Shown: one piece after another, positions 47,441 through 56,777 of the stretch
Numbering within the stretch: position 1 is the first letter of the stretch
Layout: each line of letters opens with the position of its first letter
From: a virus
Taxonomy: Duplodnaviria; Caudoviricetes
Direction: 5' to 3' (one strand)
DNA: 64,000 nt
IMG/VR virus record: IMGVR_UViG_3300028888_000047
Span: 96,001-160,000 of that record
The notes under the pieces: generated by a model
The model's database searches: none
Told to the model about the DNA's origin: nothing
Seen by the model: only the letters and a program-made list of their open reading frames with translations
Program-made: the position numbers and the translations under genes

Positions 47441-48209
47441 TTGTTATTGTTTCGCTTTCACTATTTTTTGTAAGGTCAACGGTAGGTAAAAGTTTTCCAT
47501 CATTACTACATAGTTCATTTAACGAAAATAAAAAACGATTTTTGTCATCATTATGCACCCATTTCATATCAGTATCGTAATGCGTGTTGTAAATTAAATA
47601 ACAATGAGGAACGCCGTATTTTTTGAATGCTTTTTCTTCCATTCTAAAAAACTTTCTCCTCGTAGCCAATGCCCAATTTGCATTATTTCTAAAAGAAGAT
47701 ATTGGCTTAATTTGTAACGTAAACCTCAATTGATTATCTTTGCTTGCAAACAAATCTATGTTTAATTTAGAATCCTCTTTGTGTTCAGAATGTTTTATTT
47801 CATAGCCAAGGCTTTCAGCAATCTCTCTAATTTCATTTTCACGTTTTCTACCATCCCATGTTTGATATATTGCATGCATCAGAATATCTTTAAAATATGT
47901 CAAAGCTGGAATATCTTTATCACATTTTGATTGATATTCCAAAGTTAAATCGTATAACTCATCTACGCTTCTTCCTCTTTCTGATGGCTTTGCTTTGTCA
48001 TCATATAAGGTATAATCAATCCATTTGTTGTAAAAATCTTCCTCATTTACCGGATGAAACTTATCAAGAATATAATTCATTGAGCCAATTCTATCTTCAT
48101 GGATGATTGACATACACTCATAATTAAAACCTTTTAATTCATTTTTTGCTATTACGCATTCTGCTTTTGGATAAAATTTAATTTCAGCTATTGAAAATGG
48201 CTTACTCAT
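47436..48209 (-). CDS. putative PD-(D/E)xK (MjaI-like) endonuclease
   Basis: TWDG..RE, ED..NIDL, LQIKP. Confidence 0.55.
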   Translation of the reverse strand: MSKPFSIAEIKFYPKAECVIAKNELKGFNYECMSIIHEDRIGSMNYILDKFHPVNEEDFYNKWIDYTLYDDKAKPSERGRSVDELYDLTLEYQSKCDKDIPALTYFKDILMHAIYQTWDGRKRENEIREIAESLGYEIKHSEHKEDSKLNIDLFASKDNQLRFTLQIKPISSFRNNANWALATRRKFFRMEEKAFKKYGVPHCYLIYNTHYDTDMKWVHNDDKNRFLFSLNELCSNDGKLLPTVDLTKNSESETITI

Positions 48210-49041
48210 TATAATCTATATTTACGATTGGAGCTTTTATAACAGTCTCCTTATTTTTATTTGACATCCAATTTTTCTTTAATCCATCTATGAAATTATT
48301 AAGTTGTTCTTCAGTCATGAAATCGAAATAATGGATGTTTTTTTTTGGGTTTTTTTTCAATACATAAAAGCAACTATCATATTTTCTTGCGTGTTGTTGC
48401 TTTTTAACCTTTCCAGATATTAATCTTTGTTTAGAAACCAACGTAAATTTATCAAGAACCTCAAATCCCAATGAAGATGCACACAGCCAAACCCATGAAG
48501 TGCTATTAAGTTCCTTTCCGCCTGTCGTAGTGTTTTGACATTTAAATACAATCAGACCATCTTCTTTTAAAACTCTATGTGCTTGTTGTAAATGGTGGTA
48601 ATAACTGCTCAACAACTCAGCCACTGGATAATAAGAACTAAATCTCTTACCAATTATATTGCTATCTTTTCTTCCGTTCGACATAGATGCACAATCGCGA
48701 GGTCCGATTACAAAAGGCGGGTCAAAATTAATATACCTAACGCTTTCGTCTTCCAATGGCCAATTACCCCAGGGGTCTAATTTTTCTACACCTTCTACTT
48801 GTGGGTCTACATCAAATTTATATTTTGGCTGTGGTATCTCAAATTCTTCTTCCCTTTCTACCAATCTACCGTCTTCAGTTTTTTCCTGTATTGTACGCTT
48901 AAATTTACCATAAAAATTTCCAATGCTATATGTTGCATCAACATCAAATGGCTCACCTTTCATGTGTAAATCCATAATATCTCTTAATATTGCGTGCTGA
49001 TTATAATTAACGCTTTTAATAACATTTGTTGAGTCTGCCAT
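48202..49041 (-). CDS. DNA amino-methyltransferase
   Basis: DATYSIGNFY, FDPPF, RVLKEDG.IVFKCQ, QQHARK. Confidence 0.85.
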   Translation of the reverse strand: MADSTNVIKSVNYNQHAILRDIMDLHMKGEPFDVDATYSIGNFYGKFKRTIQEKTEDGRLVEREEEFEIPQPKYKFDVDPQVEGVEKLDPWGNWPLEDESVRYINFDPPFVIGPRDCASMSNGRKDSNIIGKRFSSYYPVAELLSSYYHHLQQAHRVLKEDGLIVFKCQNTTTGGKELNSTSWVWLCASSLGFEVLDKFTLVSKQRLISGKVKKQQHARKYDSCFYVLKKNPKKNIHYFDFMTEEQLNNFIDGLKKNWMSNKNKETVIKAPIVNIDYNE

Positions 49042-49045
49042 AGTA

Positions 49046-49498
49046 TTAATTTTCAATTTTATTTTTTAATACCTTAGAAACAATCTTACCACTAGCTGTT
49101 GGATATTTCTCTTGAACCATTGAAAGAATTGCTTTCATGTCTCTCATTGAAATCTGATAATCAGAATCATTCTGTTCAATATAATGAGCAATTGAATCTT
49201 CTGTATATTTTTCAATTTCTTCTTCCGTAGGCTGCTCAGGTATGTATTGTTTGATTACATCTATTTCTTTCTGTTCTGCTTCAGCAAGGTCATTTCTACC
49301 TCCTTTTATATACTGAGCAATTGATTCTTTCCTTTGGTCAATCATTTTAAGCAATACGTTTACTTCTTTCGCTTCATCAAGCGTAACGCCAGACTTTTCA
49401 ACCTTCACTAATTCAGTCTTTATCAATTTAAGGGTTTCTAACTTTTCTTTTTCCCTATTTTTCATTGCCTCTGCAATGCACTTGTTAATTTCTATCAT
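49046..49498 (-). CDS. GatB/YqeY domain protein
   Basis: AMK..L.LIK..QRKESI.QY..GGR.DLA..E..YIPEQ. Confidence 0.9.
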   Translation of the reverse strand: MIEINKCIAEAMKNREKEKLETLKLIKTELVKVEKSGVTLDEAKEVNVLLKMIDQRKESIAQYIKGGRNDLAEAEQKEIDVIKQYIPEQPTEEEIEKYTEDSIAHYIEQNDSDYQISMRDMKAILSMVQEKYPTASGKIVSKVLKNKIEN

Positions 49499-49674
49499 AA
49501 CTTTAATATTTTTTTAGTTTTTTAACAAATATACAAAAAAAAATTAAAAAACAAAAAAAAACGATTACCTTTTTTAAAAGATAATCGTTTGAAATTATAT
49601 CGAGTTGCACTTACTGGAGGCACAACTTTTAAAACTCTGTTTTAATTTAATGCACTTTACTCACTATTTACTTC

Positions 49675-49779
49675 TTAGTACTTATATTGATACTTATAAT
49701 ATGTATCACTATAAACTTTGCTATAACTATTAAAATAAGCTTTAGCTGCTTTTACAATAAAATTTTTAATCTTACTCAT
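49675..49779 (-). CDS. small Tyr-rich peptide (34 aa)
   Basis: MSKIKNFIVKAAKAYFNSYSKVYSDTYYKYQYKY*. Confidence 0.5.
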   Translation of the reverse strand: MSKIKNFIVKAAKAYFNSYSKVYSDTYYKYQYKY

Positions 49780-49800
49780 TACTATAAACTTTTAATTAAC

Positions 49801-50166
49801 TTACTTTTCTATTCTACGATTATTAATTGTTACGTTTAAAACCTTAACATACTTTTTATACTGTTCTTTATTGAGAATATATCTCATGTTCTTCAAGTCA
49901 AAAGAAATTGCATTGTTAACTACACTTTTACGGCTTTCTTTATCCATAACAGCAGCGCTTCTTAAAGACTCAAAGAAAACAGTGTGTATGTTTTCTACAG
50001 ATTCTATTTGGTCCTTAGAAAGTTCCAAATACCTTGCCAAGCTGTTGATATTAACATTAATATCATATGCCTCAACTCGATTAATCTCATTGCTATTGTT
50101 GTCCTCAGCCATCACTGTTAGACTTGTAGCTAGCAATAAAGCTACTGATAAAATTACTTTCTTCAT
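49801..50166 (-). CDS. secreted Bacteroidales-type helical protein
   Basis: signal peptide; LARYLELSKDQ..ILNKEQYKKY..LN.TINNR. Confidence 0.75.
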   Translation of the reverse strand: MKKVILSVALLLATSLTVMAEDNNSNEINRVEAYDINVNINSLARYLELSKDQIESVENIHTVFFESLRSAAVMDKESRKSVVNNAISFDLKNMRYILNKEQYKKYVKVLNVTINNRRIEK

Positions 50167-50336
50167 TTTTTGCACTTTTAAATCACTAATTATTTTACTT
50201 ACTTCATTTAATATATATTACTTTTTTTTACATAATATATTATTTTAAATACTATTTTATCTATTTGCTATAATTTTTTGATTTACATCAAATTAACGTG
50301 TGCGCACACAATTTTTTTCTTTAAAAAAACCAAGTT

Positions 50337-50783
50337 TTAATCACTTGGTAATCCTTCTAATATAAGTTTTTTTCTTTTTTCGTCCGGCGTCCCAACATTT
50401 TTTTCAAAGGCGTTAAAAAAATATTCAACGAACTCTTTTTTATTTGTTCTTGCTACAACCTTTTTCCAATTTTCGAACCAAGGATATTGTTGTTGTCGTG
50501 CTAATTTTAAATTATACCTTTGTAATGTATCAGTCATTACTAATATGTAATCTTTTGCGTTCAAAAGACCATTATCAATTAATGATTTTAATATATTAAA
50601 TTGGAGTTTTAGAAATTTTATTTCATATTCTACCCCCATTCCTGAATAATTTCCTCCATCAAATCCATAAAATACATAACTGTTGTTTTCTTTTATGAAA
50701 TTAATAATATTAATATAATATTTGCTAGGAAAAATACCTGCTTCTTTACAATATCTTGTAACTATTTTAATATCGTATGTCAT
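50337..50783 (-). CDS. hypothetical protein
   Basis: ATG just after TATCTTTG promoter. Confidence 0.65.
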   Translation of the reverse strand: MTYDIKIVTRYCKEAGIFPSKYYINIINFIKENNSYVFYGFDGGNYSGMGVEYEIKFLKLQFNILKSLIDNGLLNAKDYILVMTDTLQRYNLKLARQQQYPWFENWKKVVARTNKKEFVEYFFNAFEKNVGTPDEKRKKLILEGLPSD

Positions 50784-50873
50784 TGTTTCACGCTGCAAAG
50801 ATACAAAAAAATAATGTAATAAACAAAATAATACGGAAAATAGTGCGTTTTTTATGCTTATTCTTGATTTCAA

Positions 50874-51317
50874 TCAAGCATATGCTGTCGCTGTGGTGGT
50901 TATTGAAGATAAAAATGGCTTAATCTCAGTTTCTTCCTTTGGAGAAAGCTTATCATATAATTCTTTTGCGTTTTTATATGCTTCTATTTTCATCAATTCT
51001 TCTTCTTTAGAATTCTCCAAACAATAAAACAGAATTAGTTCATTTAATCCATCTTTTATTGTGTCTGTTGTTATACAATATTGTTCTTTGTCTTCAGCAT
51101 CTACATTATCAAGATTTTCATATAAATACATCACCCATTCTATGGATTTTGAATACCAATAATTATGACCTTCATTGGTTGTATCCCATCTGAATGAATT
51201 AAAAGGCATCATAGCCTCTTCATAATCAATAGAAAATTCTAATGTGTCTTTTGAAACTTTAGAACCATATATACTGTTTTCTTTCAAAAACCTTTTAAGC
51301 AACTTTTCAATCTTCAT
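50874..51317 (-). CDS. FxWxxTxEGxxFW paralog family protein
   Basis: LKRFLKENSIY..FRWDTTNEGHNYW. Confidence 0.7.
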   Translation of the reverse strand: MKIEKLLKRFLKENSIYGSKVSKDTLEFSIDYEEAMMPFNSFRWDTTNEGHNYWYSKSIEWVMYLYENLDNVDAEDKEQYCITTDTIKDGLNELILFYCLENSKEEELMKIEAYKNAKELYDKLSPKEETEIKPFLSSITTTATAYA

Positions 51318-51445
51318 AGTTAAAACATTTTATATTACTATACAAATATACAAAAAAATGTTAAAACAAAGAAATATTAAATGTTAATATTTGTTAAAAC
51401 AAAAAGCAGCATGCTGTTATTAGCACACTGCTGATTTTTTCATAA

Positions 51446-51541
51446 TTAGGGAACATATACGCCTGATTCGAACAGGATAAATCAATTTACAGTTGATTGA
51501 GTAAACCATTCCTCTACTTAAACTTGCTGTGAGTTCCCTTG
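51446..51541 (-). ncRNA. ACAGCAA-clamp RNA E1 carrying acceptor-less tRNA-Tyr(GTA) body
   Basis: AAGGGAAC-TCACAGCAA..D arm, ATCAA-CTGTAAA-TTGAT, CCTG-TTCGAAT-CAGG..GTTCCCT. Confidence 0.7.
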
Positions 51542-51543
51542 CG

Positions 51544-51632
51544 TTGTGATGGCTGGATTTGAACCAGCGACAGGATTTCACATCCAAACTTCCTTATGAG
51601 AGAAGCGCAATAGACCACTCTGCCACATCACA
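51544..51632 (-). tRNA. tRNA-CAT (Met or Ile2) with long variable arm
   Basis: TGTGATG/CATCACA, CTTCT-CTCATAA-GGAAG, V-arm GGAT-GTGAA-ATCC, T arm GCTGG-TTCAAAT-CCAGC. Confidence 0.85.
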
Positions 51633-52101
51633 TTAATTCATTTGCTTTTAATCTTGCATTTTCTCTTTGCTCTCCAGTAACACTTAATAATGACCTCACC
51701 AAAGTGCTACTAATATGAGAATATTCTTTATCGCAAGGAATAAGCACGGTTTGAAGCCCACCAAGCCATTTGTTTGCGTCTGCTTGGGATAATTCATAAT
51801 CCGCATCTGTAGCGTTTCTGATGCCCTTTACAATGTATTTTGCACCACATTTTCTTGCCACATCAGCCACCAATGTATTAGGCGTTGTACAAACGTGTAT
51901 TCTGCCTTGCATTTCAAGTTCATGATACTTGGATTCCAATGTTGCACCAATAGCACGAACTTCAAACATCCTTTTTTTATTTGGGTTAGGTGCAACAAAT
52001 ATCACTACTTCATCAAATAAGTCTAATGCTTTTTCTACAACATGAGCGTGACCTTTTGTAAATGGGTCAAAACTACCCGGAAATATTGCTACTTTTTTCA
52101 T
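51628..52101 (-). CDS. coaD: phosphopantetheine adenylyltransferase
   Basis: AIFPGSFDPFTKGH, NPNK, KGIRNATD..YE, ISSTLVR. Confidence 0.92.
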   Translation of the reverse strand: MKKVAIFPGSFDPFTKGHAHVVEKALDLFDEVVIFVAPNPNKKRMFEVRAIGATLESKYHELEMQGRIHVCTTPNTLVADVARKCGAKYIVKGIRNATDADYELSQADANKWLGGLQTVLIPCDKEYSHISSTLVRSLLSVTGEQRENARLKANELM

Positions 52102-52102
52102 A

Positions 52103-52315
52103 CTATTTCTTCAAAAAATTATATACAACAGCAAAAGGCCAAAAAATCATCAAAAATAAAATCAACATACGAGCCATACCTTCTTCAACACCTTCTTCTG
52201 ATGCTTTGGCTTCTTCGTATTTCTTTGAATAATTTTTCTTCCATAGCCACGTTGCTACAATAACGCCAATAATGAAATAAATCATTATAACTACTGATAT
52301 TACGCTAAAACTCAT
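52103..52315 (-). CDS. small membrane protein
   Basis: two TMs, FWP motif. Confidence 0.65.
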   Translation of the reverse strand: MSFSVISVVIMIYFIIGVIVATWLWKKNYSKKYEEAKASEEGVEEGMARMLILFLMIFWPFAVVYNFLKK

Positions 52316-52502
52316 ATAGTATGTTTTTTTATATTAATTTAAAATTGGCTGACTAGTCTTTTCACAGCCAAGTAGCATATACATACTGCCCAAAGCATTT
52401 GCTTTGTTTGGTTCTTCCAAGCAGTTTCTGCCTTTATAGCCTCCCGTTCGCCTAAAGTCGTTATGCCATAGGTTTATCTACTTTGCAGTAGGGCTATATG
52501 AG

Positions 52503-52587
52503 CTCGCCGGGTGCGATTCGAACACACGGTGTCAAAAGACACGGTAGTTTTGGAGACTACTGGGTTAAACCACTCCCCCACCGGCGA
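52503..52587 (-). tRNA. tRNA-Trp(CCA) with long variable arm
   Basis: TCGCCGG/CCGGCGA, G73, GTAGT-CTCCAAA-ACTAC, V-arm GTGTC-TTTT-GACAC. Confidence 0.88.
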
Positions 52588-52841
52588 ATTTTACATTTCC
52601 AAATATTTTTTTAAATCTTGCTTTTTTAAAATTCCAAGGCAACCTTCTCTCATATCGAATCCTTGGCATGTGGTTACAGACCCATCACGTTCAGTTCGCC
52701 AGTTCCCTGATTAAACAGAAATTGCTCTGCAACACTAGTGCTTAACTTCACTGACTCTCGTATGCGTCGCAGAATTGCACTACTCTACACGTGTATGAAG
52801 AACCGACTTTAACAGAACCTTACCTGTGTCATGGTAACGCA

Positions 52842-53321
52842 TTATTTTATAAGTCTATCTACCCTTCTACAAAACATTATTCCTCCAATATAGTTTCCTT
52901 TGAATTTGTATAATCGCTTCAAATCAAATTCTCTATACCCGCCGAAAAAATGTATGTTTTTGTAAACGGACTCTATTATTTGGCAATAATTAATAAAACG
53001 AATTTTTAACGTTTCCCTACAATCTTTTGCCATATGTTCCCCCAAGTCTTCTAACACAATTCTAACATAAACGTTTTGCTTGCTATTCAAATAATTCAGT
53101 ATTTCAAATACAGAAAAAGTTTCATATTCTGTATTACCACATTTGAAAATAGCTTTTCCATTTTTGTTTAAAAAATATAAATGTATGTCAAAAGCCCTGA
53201 TACCGCATTTTTCGTATTGTTCGAATATGCTTACTGTTTGAGCGCGTTTAAGCCAATTAATAATTCTGTCTTTTAGCCTATGCGGTCTCAAATAACTCAT
53301 TGAATGTAATGAACCTACCAT
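52842..53321 (-). CDS. PI-PLC-like phosphodiesterase fragment/homolog
   Basis: GSLHSMSY..AQT.SI.EQY..GIRAFDI..VRIVLE. Confidence 0.55.
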   Translation of the reverse strand: MVGSLHSMSYLRPHRLKDRIINWLKRAQTVSIFEQYEKCGIRAFDIHLYFLNKNGKAIFKCGNTEYETFSVFEILNYLNSKQNVYVRIVLEDLGEHMAKDCRETLKIRFINYCQIIESVYKNIHFFGGYREFDLKRLYKFKGNYIGGIMFCRRVDRLIK

Positions 53322-53382
53322 AGTCTATCACTTATAAAAGCCTTATTTAAATAAATATTAGACTATGGCAGGAAAATTACGT

Positions 53383-54696
53383 TTATTCCCACCAAGTAAT
53401 AGATGGGTCTTTAATCCAATCCACAAACTCAGGATAAGAGTCTTGAATTGGTACTCTTTCATCAGACCAATCTACAGTCGTCGGAACTGCAATCATTTCA
53501 GCAGGGCTACCTGGGTCTACCGTCAACTGAATTACTTGATTATTAACTTGCACTACAACAGGCAATGCGTTAATGGCATCCCAAGCGGTTTCATATTCTC
53601 CTTCTGGCAATGTAACAGAAAAACTTACCGGGTCTTCGTCTGTGTGCCTATTTGGCTGTGTGTTTACCATTGTAGTTGTTGATACACCAAATAGTCCGTG
53701 CACTTCTTGTCCTCCAATTGTTAAAGGTAACGTACCACCAGCGGCTCTCAAAATAATGTCAGCTGTGTATTCATCACCATTCTTGGTAAATTTAATATCA
53801 AACACAACATCATTATAATCAAAATCTGATGTGGCTGCGCCAAGGTCTTCACACATTACTCTTACGTAATCTACAGGGGTTGGTATAACTTCTCCTTCAC
53901 CTGGAATAATCTTTATAATCCAATCATTATATACGTAATCCCTAACATCTAACTCGTTCTCGTTAGCATCAGAACCTTGCTTGGCTGATTCGTGGTCAAA
54001 ACCAACATAGTAATTTCCATTGATTTTTTCCATTCTCCAATGCTTATACCAACGCTGTCCGCCGCCTTGTGATGTTTTGAAACTAAAGTCCTCAGTGGCA
54101 GAATTCCACATAAGCATACATCCATCCCAAGCAGTACAAGTTCCTGCGTTGAAATTGTTAATAATGTCGTCAAATGGAGTTACCTGTGAAACCGTTGTCT
54201 CAGCTTCATACGGCCACCAACTAATAACATTTGTAGTAACTTCATAATCAACAGTTGTAGCAAGTTCATTCATCTTACTTCCATTAGGGCCAGTGTAAAC
54301 CTGTTGCACAAAGAAGTTCTTCACGTGAATTAATGGCACATAACTGGTGTCACCTTTTTCGTTAAATACAGCCAACACTTCTGCCAATTCGTCATCGGTT
54401 ATTGGGTCTGGCTGAGGCCAATCAAGATACTTGTCATTATCATCATGAGTACCCCACTGATTTCCATTAGGCTGTGCTGCACGAGTTAAAGCTTTATTAG
54501 TTACGTCAACCAATGGTACATAATTCATACCCCATTTATGCCCAGCATAATCTTTTGGAGAAACATTAAAAGTACTATTAAAGTCATAAGAATAGACTTC
54601 TTTCTTGCTGTCCTGATAATTGCCAAAATCATGCTTTGAACATGAGGCAAAGGCTACTAACATTGTAGCGAAAATAATAAAAATCTTTTTATCCAT
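53383..54696 (-). CDS. Bacteroidales-type lipoprotein (LruC/DUF4842-like)
   Basis: lipobox FAS-C; TRAA; RVMCEDLG..SDFDYNDVVFD; AAGGTLP; ER..I..YP.F..W. Confidence 0.8.
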   Translation of the reverse strand: MDKKIFIIFATMLVAFASCSKHDFGNYQDSKKEVYSYDFNSTFNVSPKDYAGHKWGMNYVPLVDVTNKALTRAAQPNGNQWGTHDDNDKYLDWPQPDPITDDELAEVLAVFNEKGDTSYVPLIHVKNFFVQQVYTGPNGSKMNELATTVDYEVTTNVISWWPYEAETTVSQVTPFDDIINNFNAGTCTAWDGCMLMWNSATEDFSFKTSQGGGQRWYKHWRMEKINGNYYVGFDHESAKQGSDANENELDVRDYVYNDWIIKIIPGEGEVIPTPVDYVRVMCEDLGAATSDFDYNDVVFDIKFTKNGDEYTADIILRAAGGTLPLTIGGQEVHGLFGVSTTTMVNTQPNRHTDEDPVSFSVTLPEGEYETAWDAINALPVVVQVNNQVIQLTVDPGSPAEMIAVPTTVDWSDERVPIQDSYPEFVDWIKDPSITWWE

Positions 54697-55092
54697 ATAT
54701 TTAATTTTATCATAAATATTTTCCTTAAAATAAAAAATGAGGGCATCATATAACATTACTGTCATTGCGCCCTCGTAACATTTCTCATAAAAGGGCTGTA
54801 CATCACCTAATATGAAACGAGACTAACGTAAATCTCAACCGACACCATTAAGCTACCCATAAACGCTTTCGCGCACTTTCGCACTCAATCAGGTGTTTTC
54901 CGCCCCTATCCATCGGCACGGGATTTTCCACGCATTACCTTTTTCCGAAACTATTTCTTTACGTGGCAGCCATACGTCAACTTGGACTGCATATGACATA
55001 CAGCGATGGCTTAATTAAACCATAATATATCAATTTCTTAATATATCCTCATTTACAGTACAAATTTACAAAAAATAATTTAAAAACAAAAA

Positions 55093-55695
55093 TTATTTGA
55101 AATATTTTTTAGTTTCAGTATCAACTTCTTTTATAATTGTTGGTATTCTATAGCAACCTGACATTCTTTTTATTGCTCTAATTAATCCAAAACTACATAA
55201 CAATTTACCATATTTCCCAAAATAAAGGTTAAAACTTGTTATATACAATGGCTTTTTGCTTTCTCCCCTATAACATATGCCATACTCGCTATCGTCACCA
55301 TATAGAGTTTTAGCTATTCCAACAATATTTAATCGTTTTTTTGCCTTTCTTTCAAGATAATGTTTAGCCAATGCCATTCTTAAATGGCACCCCAAACCTC
55401 TTTTTATTGGTCCGGAAACAAATTCGTTTCTTGCTGAAATATATCCCAATTCTTTCAAATAAACATATCCATCAATTATAATGGTGTCAAATTCATTCAA
55501 ATCTATTTGCTTAAGTAGTTCTACTATTCCCGGTAATTCCCTCTTGTAAAATTCACCAGGTATATATTCTGAACCTATTTTTACATCAGCGTATATAAAC
55601 TTTGATGCGTGTTCATCAACCCACTTATTAAATATACCTCCAACAACGTGGCAGATGTTATCCTTATAATATGCATCAATGGCAATTTTCTTCAT
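55093..55695 (-). CDS. nfi: endonuclease V family protein
   Basis: AIDAYY, YIPGEFYKRELP, IIDG, VGIAKT, RIPT..VD. Confidence 0.88.
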   Translation of the reverse strand: MKKIAIDAYYKDNICHVVGGIFNKWVDEHASKFIYADVKIGSEYIPGEFYKRELPGIVELLKQIDLNEFDTIIIDGYVYLKELGYISARNEFVSGPIKRGLGCHLRMALAKHYLERKAKKRLNIVGIAKTLYGDDSEYGICYRGESKKPLYITSFNLYFGKYGKLLCSFGLIRAIKRMSGCYRIPTIIKEVDTETKKYFK

Positions 55696-55801
55696 AATAT
55701 AGAAGTTAAAAAACGCATTAGTAAGTTTTTCTTAAACTACCGCTTCGCTCTTTTTCCGCTTATCGTCCTCCACCATGAATGGGGATTTACTAATGCATAT
55801 G

Positions 55802-55894
55802 CGGAGGATGAGAGGCTCGAACTCCCGCGCCGAAGGGTCTCTTCGACCTAACACGTTAGCAATGTGTCCCCGTCACCAACTTGGGTAATCCTCC
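55802..55894 (-). tRNA. tRNA-Ser(GCT)
   Basis: GGAGGAT/ATCCTCC, anticodon loop TTGCTAA, long V-arm. Confidence 0.9.
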
Positions 55895-56170
55895 TTAAAT
55901 ATAATACTTACATTCCACCATCCCGTACAACTGTAATGCTTGCCTTGATGTAAGATACTTACATTCGTTGCCTACGGTAACTTCTCTGAGTTTTGACCTC
56001 AGTATGTCCTTCTGTATGCTATTTTAAAAAAATCATTTCTACACACTAGCAGCCTCGCGTCGTTTACTCTAGTACCTTCCAAATGCATCTACACACCTAA
56101 ATCAACACATATAGTATTTCATTAGCAATGCAGTCTACAGCAAATGGCTCCAGTCCCACCCTCGAAATGA

Positions 56171-56467
56171 TTATTTTTTGAATTCTATACAAGCAATTTC
56201 ATCACGATGCAGCGTTTTATATTCATTTTCAACATGTTGTTTTAATGAACGTGTATTCCCGTCAAAAATTTGTTTATGGCGTTCAATCACTAAATCAACA
56301 GCATTACCATGAAATGTTGCATTTAGTAAAACATCGCCATTACGTTTGCTTATTTCGCCGCCATTAAATGATTTTCTTTTGCTGCCATTTTCGTAAAACC
56401 AGAACTTATATATATTCTCGGTTTCTCCAATTCTTTTTTGCCAATCTTTCCAATATTTCTTTGTCAT
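56171..56467 (-). CDS. hypothetical protein
   Basis: 98 aa ORF. Confidence 0.7.
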   Translation of the reverse strand: MTKKYWKDWQKRIGETENIYKFWFYENGSKRKSFNGGEISKRNGDVLLNATFHGNAVDLVIERHKQIFDGNTRSLKQHVENEYKTLHRDEIACIEFKK

Positions 56468-56518
56468 AAATTAGCCGCCACCCATTGATATTGTCTCCCC
56501 CAACTGAGAAGGGTATTG

Positions 56519-56593
56519 TACTCCATACAGGATTCCAACCTGTGACCCAGGGTTTAGGAAACCCTTGCTCTAATGCTGCTGAGCTAATGGAGC
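56519..56593 (-). tRNA. tRNA-Arg(CCT)
   Basis: AGGGT-TTCCTAA-ACCCT; atypical D loop and T loop TTGGAAT. Confidence 0.85.
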
Positions 56594-56703
56594 AAAAAAA
56601 ACATATTCACTGGGCTTAGCTTCCCGAAGAAGAAATGCGCGTAAAACCCATTGGACGGAACGTTACTCATCCTTTTCCGCATTTTTAAGTGGAATATGCT
56701 TTG

Positions 56704-56777
56704 AGCCTCCAGAGGGATTCGAACCCACGACCCCGAGATTACAAATCACGTGCTCTAGCCAACTGAGCTATGGAGGC
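56704..56777 (-). tRNA. tRNA-Thr(TGT)
   Basis: canonical cloverleaf, loop TTTGTAA. Confidence 0.93.

Noticed and set aside
1-51000. Whole-window TAG-to-Gln recoding (Lak-type code 15)
   Set aside because: Standard code already gives near-complete coding density and conserved enzymes have no internal TAG; recoding elsewhere in the genome is not excluded
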